A stretch of 64,000 nucleotides of DNA from Macrostomum lignano (lineage: Eukaryota). Location of the stretch: the NCBI GenBank assembly GCA_002269645.1, contig NIVC01001387.1, positions 66,136 through 130,135 of the forward strand. The letters run 5' to 3'. Below, in pieces: positions 12,201-24,300 of this stretch; within the stretch, counting starts at the first letter, position 1; each line of letters starts with the position of its first letter. The position numbers and the translations under genes are program-made. Below the pieces are notes generated by a model. That model was not told the origin of the DNA. It saw nothing but the letters and a program-made list of their open reading frames with translations, and did not search any database.

Positions 12201-12811
12201 GCAGAGCTGCTTGGCCATTGTCGAACTCTGGTTCGACTCCTACTAGGCGCAGTTTCACCATCGGGATGTCGAAGCTCTAGTCGACCTCTGATACAGTCGA
12301 ATACGGGTTTGTCGCGGCATTTCACAGGTACGCCGAATTGAACTGCATCGCCTGTGAGTATCTGAGTAGGACGGTTCCGATCTAACCTGATGCCATTCAC
12401 AAATGTGCCATTGCTGCTTCTAGTGTCCGTCAGCAGGAAAGTTCCATCTGTAGTGTAAGCCAGCACTGCATGGCAACGGCTCAGCACTTTGCAATCGAAC
12501 AGGGCATTATCCTTGGCTGGCCTGAGCTGGCCGCTAGCCCGGCCAATTCGAACTACGGCAGCTGAAGTTGATGATGAAGCCGTCGAGGAGGCTGGCAGCC
12601 TAGGCACCGGGACAAAACGGTCCGAAAATGGATGAGATTCAGCGATTGGTGTCAGACAGACAATAGCAGCTGACTGTTCAATCATTGATTGACAATCCGA
12701 TTCATCATTGTGCATGCTGACTGGCCGGAATGACAGCCCACTGGCCAAGGCGACAGCAGCAGTTTGTGATTGAAGCAGCCTGCTGCCTGCATGCGCATAA
12801 TTGGGATACAA
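9246..12811 (-). CDS. SLMAP: Sarcolemmal membrane-associated protein (FHA + coiled coil + C-terminal tail anchor), 3 coding exons
   Basis: FHA domain SHPFSDR...RIGRA...DNALFDCKVLSRCHA...DTRSSNGTFVN matches SLMAP. Exons: (about 12811, or ATG 12715/12685)-11739 [AG|GTAAG, phase 2], 10707-9948 [TTG|GTAGGT, phase 0], 9323-9246 [TTTCAG|, WQELPSISALVLLISLTVYLLFYWL*]. Phases are compatible. The start codon is uncertain and an upstream exon is possible. Confidence 0.9.
9591..9893 (-). mobile_element. tRNA-derived SINE, family A, copy 1 (in SLMAP last intron)
   Basis: Minus-strand head GTAGCCTAGTGG (A box)...GGTTCGATTCT (B box), then GTGTCCTTGAGCAAGACACTTTAAC and a (TTA)n tail. Second copy at 41625-41898. 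Confidence 0.85.
11075..11700. repeat. Minisatellite, about 28 bp unit in SLMAP intron
   Basis: GATTCTAAGAAAATGGGGGTTACAGAAC tandem copies. Confidence 0.95.
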
Positions 12812-13544
12812 TTCCTAGTAATTAGTAAAGAGCTGCCAAAACCTCTACTTGACATGACTGTGAATTACAAAAAAACAACAAAATCTTAACAGTGGTACGA
12901 TTTGTTTAACTAGATATAGATAGATTTTTATACAACTGTCTTATCTGCTATAATCATTTAAATAAACAATCTTAATTTAGTATGGAAAAAGTTTTAAAGT
13001 CCTATCTGACATATACTTGTACATGATTTTCCATAATTTAGACTATAGCTATGCAATTTGATGACTAAATATATCTTATATATCACACAATTTAAAAAAT
13101 AAACTTTTAAATTATGTTTTAAAACTATGAATTCCCTTAGCAAGATTCTAAAAACAAATATATGTAAAAAGTAGATTTATATGAATGCATATAAATGTGT
13201 ATATTATATAAATTGTCTACCTATAATATTTTAATGATCACTAAATAATTGTTGCAAAACAGAATAAAACTTTTATGCACATATAGTAGAGGTTAGATAA
13301 GACCAATTTTTCATGATTTACATCTCGTAAGATTCCAAATTTTTGCTAGGATCCTAAAATATTTTAGATTATAGGAGTGGTATTACAATTACAAAGATCA
13401 AAGATACAAATGCTTGCTAGGATCCACAGATTTCAGAATTGAGATCTGATTCTATGGTGTTTATGCTACATGATATGCACTTTGACTATTTTCTATGTGC
13501 ACACTCCCCTTGTCTAACTCACTGCATGTCTGTCTAGTTGCTCA

Positions 13545-13612
<68 letters not shown>
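13545..13612. repeat. (CT)n microsatellite
   Basis: Directly visible. Confidence 0.98.
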
Positions 13613-13618
<6 letters not shown>

Positions 13619-13760
13619 CTTGCTTCTCTCTAAATACAAAGCTTAGGGGCATACTTACCAACTAATTTACTAAATATATATGCCTCCCACTATGTGGCAA
13701 CCTCTTTTTAGGGTATCTCATTGCAAGCCAATCTTTGCCTTCCAAATTACTACATATATA

Positions 13761-14230
13761 ATGGCAACAATTTCTACATTAGGAGACATAATTATCTTTG
13801 TGAACATTGATATTGACATATATCTAGAGAGACTTCAACATTACTTCATCTGCAAAGAGATAAAGGATGAAGCTAAGATGACTAAGATGACAACAATTGG
13901 CAAGGAAGCTTATACAGTACTACACAAACTGTTTAATCCCAACAAGATTGGGAGTTACTATATACCAGAGATCATATGAATGATATCTTTAATTTTTAAC
14001 AAAAATTGACAAAGTTAGCCTTGTTTATTGCAATAATTTAATAAAAGTTTTAAAGTTTTAACTTTTTAAAATTTAATAAAAGTTCTCAATCAAGCATACA
14101 AGAATACCTTTGAGTTGGCATCCCAGATTGTCAGGATTAGGACCAAGATGTTATAAGTGCTATCATAGTTTCAAGATGTGCCAAATGTATCTAATTTTGG
14201 CAACTTAGTCTATGCAGTAAGCCATACCTA
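13761..14230 (+). pseudogene. Decayed Ty3/Gypsy gag relic
   Basis: MATISTLGD...DIYLERLQHYFICKEIKDE...TTIGKEAYTVLHKLFNP resembles the N-terminus of invertebrate Gypsy Gag (Y.ER...YF....I....L...IG...Y..L..L..P). A degenerate knuckle-like RCYKC.H...C lies near 14146-14185. Interrupted by stops. Confidence 0.5.
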
Positions 14231-16059
14231 GGAAGCAGACTAACCATGCAATCTAGAAAACCTTGACTAAGAACTTGAGCATCACTATCTGCCAGAAAGC
14301 TTCTTCTAGTATATCAATAATAGCAGGCATGCTGCCTATATATCAATAGTACCTTCAACTTTTATGAATTTAAGCATTATTTATTAGCTGTTAGCAATTT
14401 AGACATTCATTGGCAGCCCCAAAGAAAACATTAAAACACTAAACAGGTGCCACTGCTTTTCACTTTCATATTGTAGCATAAAACCAAGGATTATAAATAC
14501 ATCCTATAAATAATAAAAAAACTAGAATTAGTTGTCAACCTATCTAGCTGCATGGCAAAATTTGAGAAAGCCATTTAGATGGCTATCTAGTTAGAGTTTT
14601 TAGATAAGGCCTACTTGTTGTGTAGAAAAAACTACAATTTCTACTTCAAAAAATGCAATGTAGTAGTGATATAATAGTGATAATAGCACTAATTTCTTCT
14701 AATGTAAGCTGATAATGATACCATTTCTTCTAGCAGATATGATGGCCAATATCTTCTATAGCTTATAGAGCAATATGCTAACTACAGAGAATTGCCTAAT
14801 GGAATTGTGCAATATTCAACTATATTTAGTCTTTCTGGTTCACAAGCTTGGTATAGACTATTGAAAATGTTTGTCTATAAGCTAGCTATCAAGATAAACA
14901 ATTATTCTAAAGGTTGACACAATCAATTCAATGCATATTCTAGCAAATGTTTGACCAATATATAAAAGTTGGTTGCCTAGCTAAACAACAAGGGACTATA
15001 TATCCATGTTGAAATGTACTTGTTAAACCAAGGTACATTTGCTATTAACACTAGCAATGCACAGAAACTAGTCCATAGCACAAATTATTCTACTATCAGG
15101 CTAGGTGCTAGGCTAGGAATAAAACTTATCTGCTATAATCATTTAAATAAACAATCTTATTTCTTTTTTCTATGGACTATGGCCCAAGATGGAATTCTTG
15201 TATTTCTTAAGTCAAACGGAATTATGTGATTTTTTTATGGCATGCAAAATATTTTTTATTGGTTGCATTTTTTATTTTGGTACTTAGCACGTCGCAAAAT
15301 GGTAAAAACAAGTTTTTTAATGGCTTAGCTACTGCCTGAACCTATAAAAGCTTCATTAATAGTCAATGAATAATAAATAAAGTAATCAATAAGACAATAA
15401 CGAAAAATGCATTTTAAGAAAATGTAGTTATTTGAATTTTTCTGTCCAAATAGTATGTTAGAGAATGTTACGAGTTTCTACTTTTTATAGAATTTTTTCG
15501 AATTTTTACTTTTGTGCCTTTTTTTTAAGTTTTTACTTTTTATTCTTTTTTTCTTCATGATCTTAGCTAGTAGGATTATCTTTTGCAAAATCCAATATCT
15601 CAAGCGCACTTTTGCATATATTAAGAATTAGCAATTTTGTCTGAAATTCTATGACACATTTTTTCCGGATTTTTTTATGCAAAATCACATTTTTTCGCAC
15701 AATTGTATAACGCGTTGTGATTTTTCTGCAAGAATTCCATCCAGGACAGCACAGGACTATGGCTCATATACTAAATCATGGTAGGCATATACCAAAATGA
15801 AATTTAGTTTTTTAAATCTATACTAACATAATTTTTAAAAAATTATGCCAAGCATAAAGTTGCTTATATAGCCTACCAAATTTTTTTAGAGAATCATTAA
15901 CTGATAAGTGATAACTAGGGCCTATGGCTAATATAGTAGCCATGTTTGTTTTGGCACTTTTTCATGTGTAAAAATGATTAGTTACATGATTTTCATATTT
16001 AATATTTAAACTATTCAATTCAATATTTCAATATCCAATTCTACATTGCTCTAAAACAA

Positions 16060-16420
16060 TGGTTTAACAGGTAGCATGAGATGGCATCTAGAGAATGAAT
16101 ACCCTATGCAATTCAAAGAGCTGCTCCAACTTGAAAGAAAGCACCAAGCTACGCTTATAAATGCTAGAAAAACTGATTCCAAAATATTAAAAGGCAAAAA
16201 TGCCTGCCTATTAAAGCAAACCAAGTTGCCAAGTTTTCTTAAGGCTAGGCCTTCAAGACTCAGAAGCCAGACTTTCACCCATAGGCCATAGGTCCAAAGA
16301 CGAAAGAGCTTGACAAATTAATTATTGAATGGATTGCTCTTGACAGCTAGTCATGGGCTGCTGTTGAAGAAGCTGGGTTCTTGAGACGAATGTTTGCTGT
16401 CTGCCCTGAATGCTGCATTA
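16060..16420 (+). pseudogene. Decayed BED-finger hAT transposase relic
   Basis: TGSMRWHLENEYP resembles the end of a BED finger. After a frameshift, KELDKLIIEWIALDS*SWAAVEEAGFLRRMFAVCP resembles the hAT 'I...I..D.QP...VE..GF..L.....P' block. Confidence 0.55.
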
Positions 16421-17321
16421 AAATAGAAAAGTTTTACTTACCTAATGCACACTTAAATCTTGATGCATACCGAATGCATGCAGCATACTGAACTAAGTTA
16501 CCTCCAGCTCCATCTCCATGCACATTTGCCCATCTATATATTTATATATTATACATAATTATTACTACTTATGTATTTGTCTACTTGACCGAATGTCCAC
16601 AAACTGAAAAGATCAGAAAAAAATACTTCTGTCAGTACCTCTTAAATGACAAGCAAGTACACAAGTTAGGATATGCTACAAATGAAAAAAGAGTCAGAAA
16701 AGAGCTCACTGGTGTAGCTAAAATATATGAAGTCATGAATAGCTAAAACAGTTATGCAAACTGAAACAGACATATCAGCAGTGTAATAAATCCGCTTTTC
16801 TTTTCTTTTGTTTATTCATTTACTGTCTTTTTAATTTCCTTTCCTATTTAATTAGCATTTAATTAATATTTAATTAGTTTCCTATCTAATACCTATTTAA
16901 GTCGTCGCTATTCGTTTAACGTAAATTTCTTTCGAAGTTCGTTTTTGTTCATTTTTTGTTCGTTTTTCACGCTTTGAAATATTGCGCGCTTGCAAAATAC
17001 TATATCTTTTTACAAAAAACGCTCTTTCAAATACCTTAATAATTTTACAAATATCGTGTAACTCACATCGTAACTCGTGTAAAAATTTAACCTTTTGAAC
17101 AAATTTAACCTTTTGAACTTAATCGTAATTAAACAACTAATGCTAAAATAACTTAAATACACAGAAATATACTGGCCAAACAGGCTTCTTGCCTGAGCCA
17201 ACTTACTACTACTACTACTACAGCAAGCTGATTTTGTGAGTGACCATATACTATTTTTTCGATACAATCTTTGTTTCTTTAGGTTTTTTCGTAACGTGAA
17301 ACCTTAATAAGCTTATATACA

Positions 17322-17915
17322 AGGCAGTGCTTATCCCCACGGTACCGTAGGAATAATTTCTGTCTTATTCCAACGGTACCGTGGGGATAATTTTCTGCTT
17401 ATCCGCACGGCACATTGACGAGATAGCTGCCCCATCTTCTACATATGCCATGGGAATAATTTTCTGCTTATCCGCACGGGTGAATTGTTGAAGCAATGCA
17501 ATAATCTATACAAACAAATTGAGAATTTACATGTCTAGTAAGAAGTCTACAGAAGCAGCGGCAATGGACTTTTCGGGGATGTCGGGATTAGACTAGTTGC
17601 TAAAAGTTCCTAAATTGTAAACAATTACTAGAGCAATTCATCTTAAATCATACGTCATAAATACAAAAAAGTGTTTTTTTGCGTAAAAAGGCCATTAAAT
17701 CTTTACTTCTATCAAAATAATAGCCAAGCAAAGTTATGTTGTTATATTGCACTCAAACCGTAAGTACTAAACTAAATTATGAACCCACGGCATATGTAGA
17801 AGATAGGCAGCTATCTCGTCAGTGTGCCGTGCGGATAAGCAGAAAATTATCCCCACGGTACCGTTGGAATAAGACAGAAATTATTCCTACGGTACCGTGG
17901 GGATAAGCACTGCCT
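17322..17915. mobile_element. MITE with about 135 bp terminal inverted repeats and a 7-bp TSD (ATATACA)
   Basis: AGGCAGTGCTTATCCCCACGGTACCGTAGG... at 17322 is mirrored by ...CCTACGGTACCGTGGGGATAAGCACTGCCT ending at 17915. ATATACA is present at 17315-17321 and 17916-17922. Confidence 0.9.
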
Positions 17916-18280
17916 ATATACAATAGGCAGCAGATAACTTCGCGGTCCAAAGAATTATTTCATATAAACGTCCAAACTGAATTAGCGCTTTTTTGACAAA
18001 ATACTTACTATCACAGATGAAATAATCACCTGTTTTCTTAAAGATCAATGCTGATAAATAATAAATCACAAGGATATGTGCAGAATTTGTATTTTATTTT
18101 TTGTTTTAAATGGTAAGCTCTTGTACACAACAATAAACAAAATTCTGTAAAATTCAACTTTTACTCATTGAGAAATTTTGCTTATCCTTGCAATTTAGCG
18201 TCAAATCGAGACGTCGTCTAGTCGAGGAGATTTTTTAATAAAAAGTTGCACTCAAAAAATTGTAGTGGTAATTATTACTC

Positions 18281-18288
18281 TCTTTCAG
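18281..18288 (+). promoter_or_regulatory. Splice acceptor 27 nt upstream of the UTP15 ATG (5'UTR intron or SL trans-splice site)
   Basis: CTCTCTTTCAG|CATATG... with a pyrimidine tract; cis versus trans splicing cannot be decided from sequence. Confidence 0.45.
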
Positions 18289-18315
18289 CATATGCGTTTA
18301 ACCATACTATAAATT

Positions 18316-21300
18316 ATGGCTGAGTTCAAAGGACTTTCTGTTTCGTTTGCCGTTAAACAGAAACAAGATGTTCAGAAGCAGCTTTTTTGGCCCAATTTAA
18401 AGGTAGGTAAGACTATGCTTCCACAGACAGTATAGCTGCTTTAACTAATGAACAATATCCAGTCCTTGCCTGCTTTTGCGTCGAAATTTCCATTAAAAAG
18501 CCATCCTGACTAAGGTGAATTATTTAATAATTCAGTAACATTGTCATAGTAAGTTATAGACATAAAAATTGATAGCTATCCGCACTGCAGTATCGTTTGT
18601 TAAACTCACTGTATGCACATTTTTTAGCTAGGCCTATTGACATTAACTTTCCAAAAATGAATATTTTTATTGGGCCTATGCCAACATTTTAGAAGTGTAT
18701 TGGCATTACAATTTTAACCATTAATGACAGAACAACACAATTAAAAATTTACAACAGAATAACAGAGTAGCAGCTGGAGGCTAAATTTGTTTGTTTATTG
18801 TCAGTTCTGTGTCTCTAATCCAATAATGGTTAAGTAACATGCTTGGGCGCAACCTTGGGATTCACCCGGCCATTTCTATTGGCAACACACGCATGTAAGT
18901 TGCTATTGGCTGAGAACAGTGACTACTGTTCTGTCCAATAGCGACTTACATGCGTGTGTTGCCAATAGAAACGGCCAAGTGAATCCCAAAGTTGCGCATG
19001 TATGTTAGGCCTAAGTAAAGTCAGAGTTGTTAATAGTCTAATAAATAGTCTAGGTAAAAGCTACAGAGTTCATAACTAATTTTGGGCATAGATACATTTT
19101 TTGCCAGTGCATAAATTCAAAATTGCATAATTGTTGATAGGCCTAGTCATTAAAATTAAGTTTCATGTCAAAACGTATATGTCCAATACCCATCTAACCT
19201 GTCCAAATTGAAATAATGGCCAACAGTTAGTTGCAAAATTGAAAATGCAAAAAATGAAAAATTGGAAAAAGAAAGAAAAGAGAAGGAAAAAGAGAGAAGG
19301 AAAAAGGAGAGAAAAGAGAAAAAGGCAAGAAAAGTCATATACAATGTAAAAATTAAGTTGCAATTGGGGGAACTAAGTTGTATTCGAGAGGAACTTAGTC
19401 ACAAATCTGGACAAAACTAAGTTGCACCAGTCAGGTTAAATTTTGAGATTAGGCAAATGTGTCAAAAGCTAAAAATATGCCACTGACACTGTAAGTATGC
19501 CAGCTATGCATATAATGAGTTTAACAAACAATTCTGTAAGATAGCCAAAGTGACATTTGGTTTCATCTTAGCTAGCTCAGTTGATTTTGATAATTCAATT
19601 TTGTAAAAAAATACAAAACACTCAGTGCATTAAAAAAGTCATTTAAAAAGGCAGTTGTTATTGTTACAGTAGGACTAACTAGGGCCTATACAAATATTAA
19701 TAACAAAACTTTTATTTTTATAGTCACTGTATAGGCCTATATAAAAAGCTAAATAGCTATTTTTATAATCATAGAGAATAATTTTTTTCAATAGCAATGA
19801 CTATTCATCTGGTATTGGATGAATAATATAACTATTATTTGTCTGGTACCAGATAAATAACGGTGATAAGTAGCAGCTGAGCTACATGAATTTATATACG
19901 CCACTCTGTGCATGCCTATATACTAAAAATGAGTTGTTTGTTTGTACGCAATCGATTAGAGAAAAAATGGCTGGACCGATTTTCTTCGAACTTGCACTGT
20001 TCGATCAGAAATTTTCCTGGGACGGTACATGCATCTTGGCTAAGAAATTGCTCCATGTTAAAGCAATTAAATATTCGAAAAACATGCTTTTTTGCAAAGG
20101 TCAAGCAAACTTTTTGACTTGAAATGCATTGTAAGAATGCTAGAGAAAAAACTGACTGGTTGAATTCTGATTCTGAAATAGATTACATCATAACTGAATT
20201 GTAACTCCGACTTGAATTGCGTCACAGTATTGAAAATGCAGTGTGGAAGCGTAGCACTGCAGACTTGATTTAGATTGCGCAACAATATTGTTAACTGATA
20301 CTGACTGACTGAGAAATTGATTATGTAATAACTGCCTCGTGTGATTTACTCTATGCTTGGAGTTTTGAAACTTATAATTATAAGTGCTGAATTCATGTTA
20401 TCAAAATGATGAGAGCTAGCCTAGAGGTAAACAGACTGAACTGCTAAATGCAGAAACGATGGTTCGAATTTTTAGAGAGTAGAGTTTTTTTAATTAAAGC
20501 TTTTTAACGCCAAGAAAACTAAAAAAATCATAAAAGCGTCATGTAAAAAATCATAGAAGCGTCATGTAAAAAATCGTGGAAGTGTCATGTAAAAAATCGT
20601 GGAAGCATCATGTAAAAAGCATAGAAGCGTCATGTAAACAATCATAGAAGCGTCATGTAAACAATCATAAAAGCGTCATGTAAACAATCATAGAAGCGTC
20701 ATGTAAACAATCATAGAAGCGTCATGTAAACAATCATAGAAGCGTCATGTAAAAATCATAGAGGTGTCATGTAAAAATCATTGAAGCGTCCTGCAGAAAT
20801 CGTAGAAGCGTCATGAAATAATCATAGAAGCGTCATGTAAAAAATCATAGAAGCGTCATGTAAAAAATCATAGAAGCGTCATGTAAAAAATCATAGAAGC
20901 ATCGTGTAAACAATCATAGAAGCGTCATGTAAAAAATCATAGAAGCGTCATGTAAAAAATCATAGAAGCGTCATATAAACAATCATAGAAGCGTCATGTA
21001 AACAATCATAGAAGTGTCATGTAAAAATCATAGAAGCGTCATGTAAACAATCATGGAAGCGTCATGTAAACAATCATAGAAGAGTCATGTAAAAAATCAT
21101 AGAAGCGTCATGTAAAAAGCATAGAAGCGTCATCTAAAACATCATAAAAGCGTCATGTAAAAAATCGTAGAAGCTTCATTTAAAAAATCATAGAAGCGTC
21201 ATATAAACAATCATAGAAGCGTCATGTAAACAATCATAGAAGCGCCATGTAAACAATCATAGAAGCGTCATGTAAACAATCATAGAAGCGTCATATAAAA

Positions 21301-24300
21301 ATCATAAAAGCGTCATTTAAAAAATCATAGAAGCGTCATGTAAACAATCATAGAAGCATCATGTAAACAATCATAGAAGCGTCATGTAAAAAATCATAGA
21401 AGCGTCATGTAAACAATCATGGAAGCGTCATGTAAAAAATTATAGAAGCGTCATGCAAACAATCATAGAAGCGTCATGTAAACAATCATAGAAGCTTCAT
21501 GTAAAAAATCATAGAAGCGTCATATAAAAAATCATAGAAGCGTCATCTAAAACATCATAAAAGCGTCATGTAAAAAATCGTAGAAGCGTCATTTAAAAAA
21601 TCATAGAAACGTCATATAAACAATCATAAAAGCGTCATGTAAACAATCATAGAAGCGCCATATAAACAATCATAGAAGCGTCATGTAAACAATCATAGAA
21701 GCGTCATATAAAAATCATAGAAGCGTCATTTAAAAAATCATAGAAGCGTCATGTAAACAATTATAGAAGCGTCATGTAAACAATCATAGAAGCGTCATGT
21801 AAAAAATCATAGAAGCGTCATGTAAACAATCATGGAAGCGTCATGTAAAAATCATAGAAGAGTCATGTAAAAAATCATAGAAGCATCGTGTAAACAATCA
21901 TAGAAGCGTCATGTAAAAAATCGTAAGAGCGTAATATAAAAATCATAGAAGCGTCATTTAAAAAATCATAGAGGCGTCATATAAAAATCAAAAAACGTCA
22001 TTTAAAAAATCATAGAAGCGTCATGTAAACAATCATAGAAGCGTCATGTAAACAATCATAGAAGCGTCATGTAAAAAATCATAGAAGCGTCATGTAAACA
22101 ATCATAGAAGCGTCATGTAAAAAATCATAGAAGCGTCATGTAAATATCATAGAAGCGTCATGTAAAAATCATAGAAGCGTCATGTAAAAAATCATAGAAG
22201 CGTCATGTAAAAATCATAGAAGCATCGTGTAAACAATCATAGAAGCGTCATGTAAAAAATCATAGAAGCGTCATGTAAAAAATCATAGAAGCGTCATCTA
22301 AAACATCATAAAAGCGTCATGTAAAAAATCGTAGAAGCGTCATTTAAAAAATCATAGAAGCGTCATAGAAACAATCATAGAAGCGCCATGTAAACAATCA
22401 TAGAAGCGCCATGTAAAAATCATAGAAGCATCGTGTAAACAATCATAGAAGCGTCATGTAAAAAATCGTAAGAGCGTAATATAAAAATCATAGAAGCATC
22501 ATTTAAAAAATCATAGAAGCGTCATGTAAACAATCATAGAAGCGTCATGTAAACAATCATAGAAGCGTCATGTTAAAAATCATAGAAGCGTCATGTAAAA
22601 AATCATAGAAGCGTCATGTAAACAATCATCGAAGCGTCATCTAAAAATCATAGAAGCGTCATGTAAAAAATCATAGAATCGTCATGAAAAAATCATAGAA
22701 GCATCATTTAAAAACTAATGAAAGTGTCATTTAAAAAATTAAGAAGCATCATAGTAGAATAAAAGAAGCGTCATATCAGACATGAAAGGTGTCATGGAAA
22801 AATAAAATGCAGCTATAATGCTGTGCTGGGGAGAAAAACTGAGACGTCAAGGCTCTCAGAGAATAACTGAGATTACGGGGGGGGGTTTCTGAGATGTCAA
22901 AGCAAAAGTCAGAAGCTAATTCAAAGTTCATGTACTTTACTCAATTTTTTTTATTGCATTCTTTGTTGGCTCGCCACGGGAGGCGCTGATAGAAGAAGAG
23001 TCATGTAAAAAATAAAAGTAGCACTATGTATACATAAAAGAAAAGTCATGTCGAAGTTAAAAGATTCATTTGGGAATTGCTACGATGTCAAAGCTAGGTG
23101 GAAATCGTTATAGTGCTGTGATTCTTAAAGAAGGAATCACTAAAATGTCAAGGCTTAGGGGAGAAGAATTGCTGAGATTTCAAGGCTTTATGTTGGGTTA
23201 AAGTTAGGTTTAGGTCAGGTGTGGGTTGAGGGTTATATTTTATCGAGTTTCAAGGTTAGCAGGGGATTTTTCAGATTTCAAGGTTTATGGGCGCCATCGC
23301 TGACATGTTAAGGCTTACGGGGGGAATAGCTGAGATGTCAAGGCTCACGAGGGTATAAATGAGATTTCAAGGCTAAAGTCAGAAGCTACATGTAGTTTAT
23401 TGAAAACTTTTTATTATATTATTTGATGCCTCCTCAGGGGAGGGATCGCTGATTAAAAAAGCGTAATGTAAAAAATAAAAGAAGCTTCATGTCGAAGTTA
23501 AGAGATTCATTTGGGAATCCCTACGATGTCGAGGCTTGCAGGGAATCGCTATAATGCTGTAGTAGTGCTATAATGACTCTTAAAGAGAATTACTGAAATT
23601 TCAATGCTTTAGGGTTAGGTTAGGGTTAGGGTTAGAAGGTTGACAGATATTTTTAGATTTCCAAGGCTTATTGGGGGCATTGCTGAGATGTCAAGGGGGG
23701 AAGTTGATATGTTAAAGCTTGTGGGGGGGAATTACTGACATGTCAAGGCTTACAAGGTTTGACAGGAGATTTTTTAAGATTTCAAGGATACATGTAGCTT
23801 ATTAAAAAAACGTGTATTGCATTTCTTTGGCTCCCCAACGGGGGGCGTAGATTGCTAGTCTTTTCTAACAAAGTATATTAGTATGATGTTAGTGTCTTCC
23901 TAATGATCAGTCAGTACTGAGTTCGAATCTGTAGTGATTACTCCATGCTTTTTATTGTAACAACTCCAAGTGTTATTGTAATAACTCCAAGTATTTACTT
24001 TGGCATTTGTGTTATATAGCAGCAAATGTCATTATTAATTTTGATTGTGCTATGACTACTATTTACTATGAAACCAAAACATATCAATATGTATAGAACA
24101 AAATATAATAAAGGAAAAAATTATACAAAACTTTTGGTATTTCGCCTATGCCCAAGTATTTTTTTGCTTTAAGTTCTAGAATTTCTAAGACATAGCACTT
24201 ATCTAATCATACAAATATTTTTGGTTCTAGCCTAAAAGTGAACTATATACTACTTCTTTGAGTATTCCTTGTATTTTACAAGTTTTTATTATATATCCAT

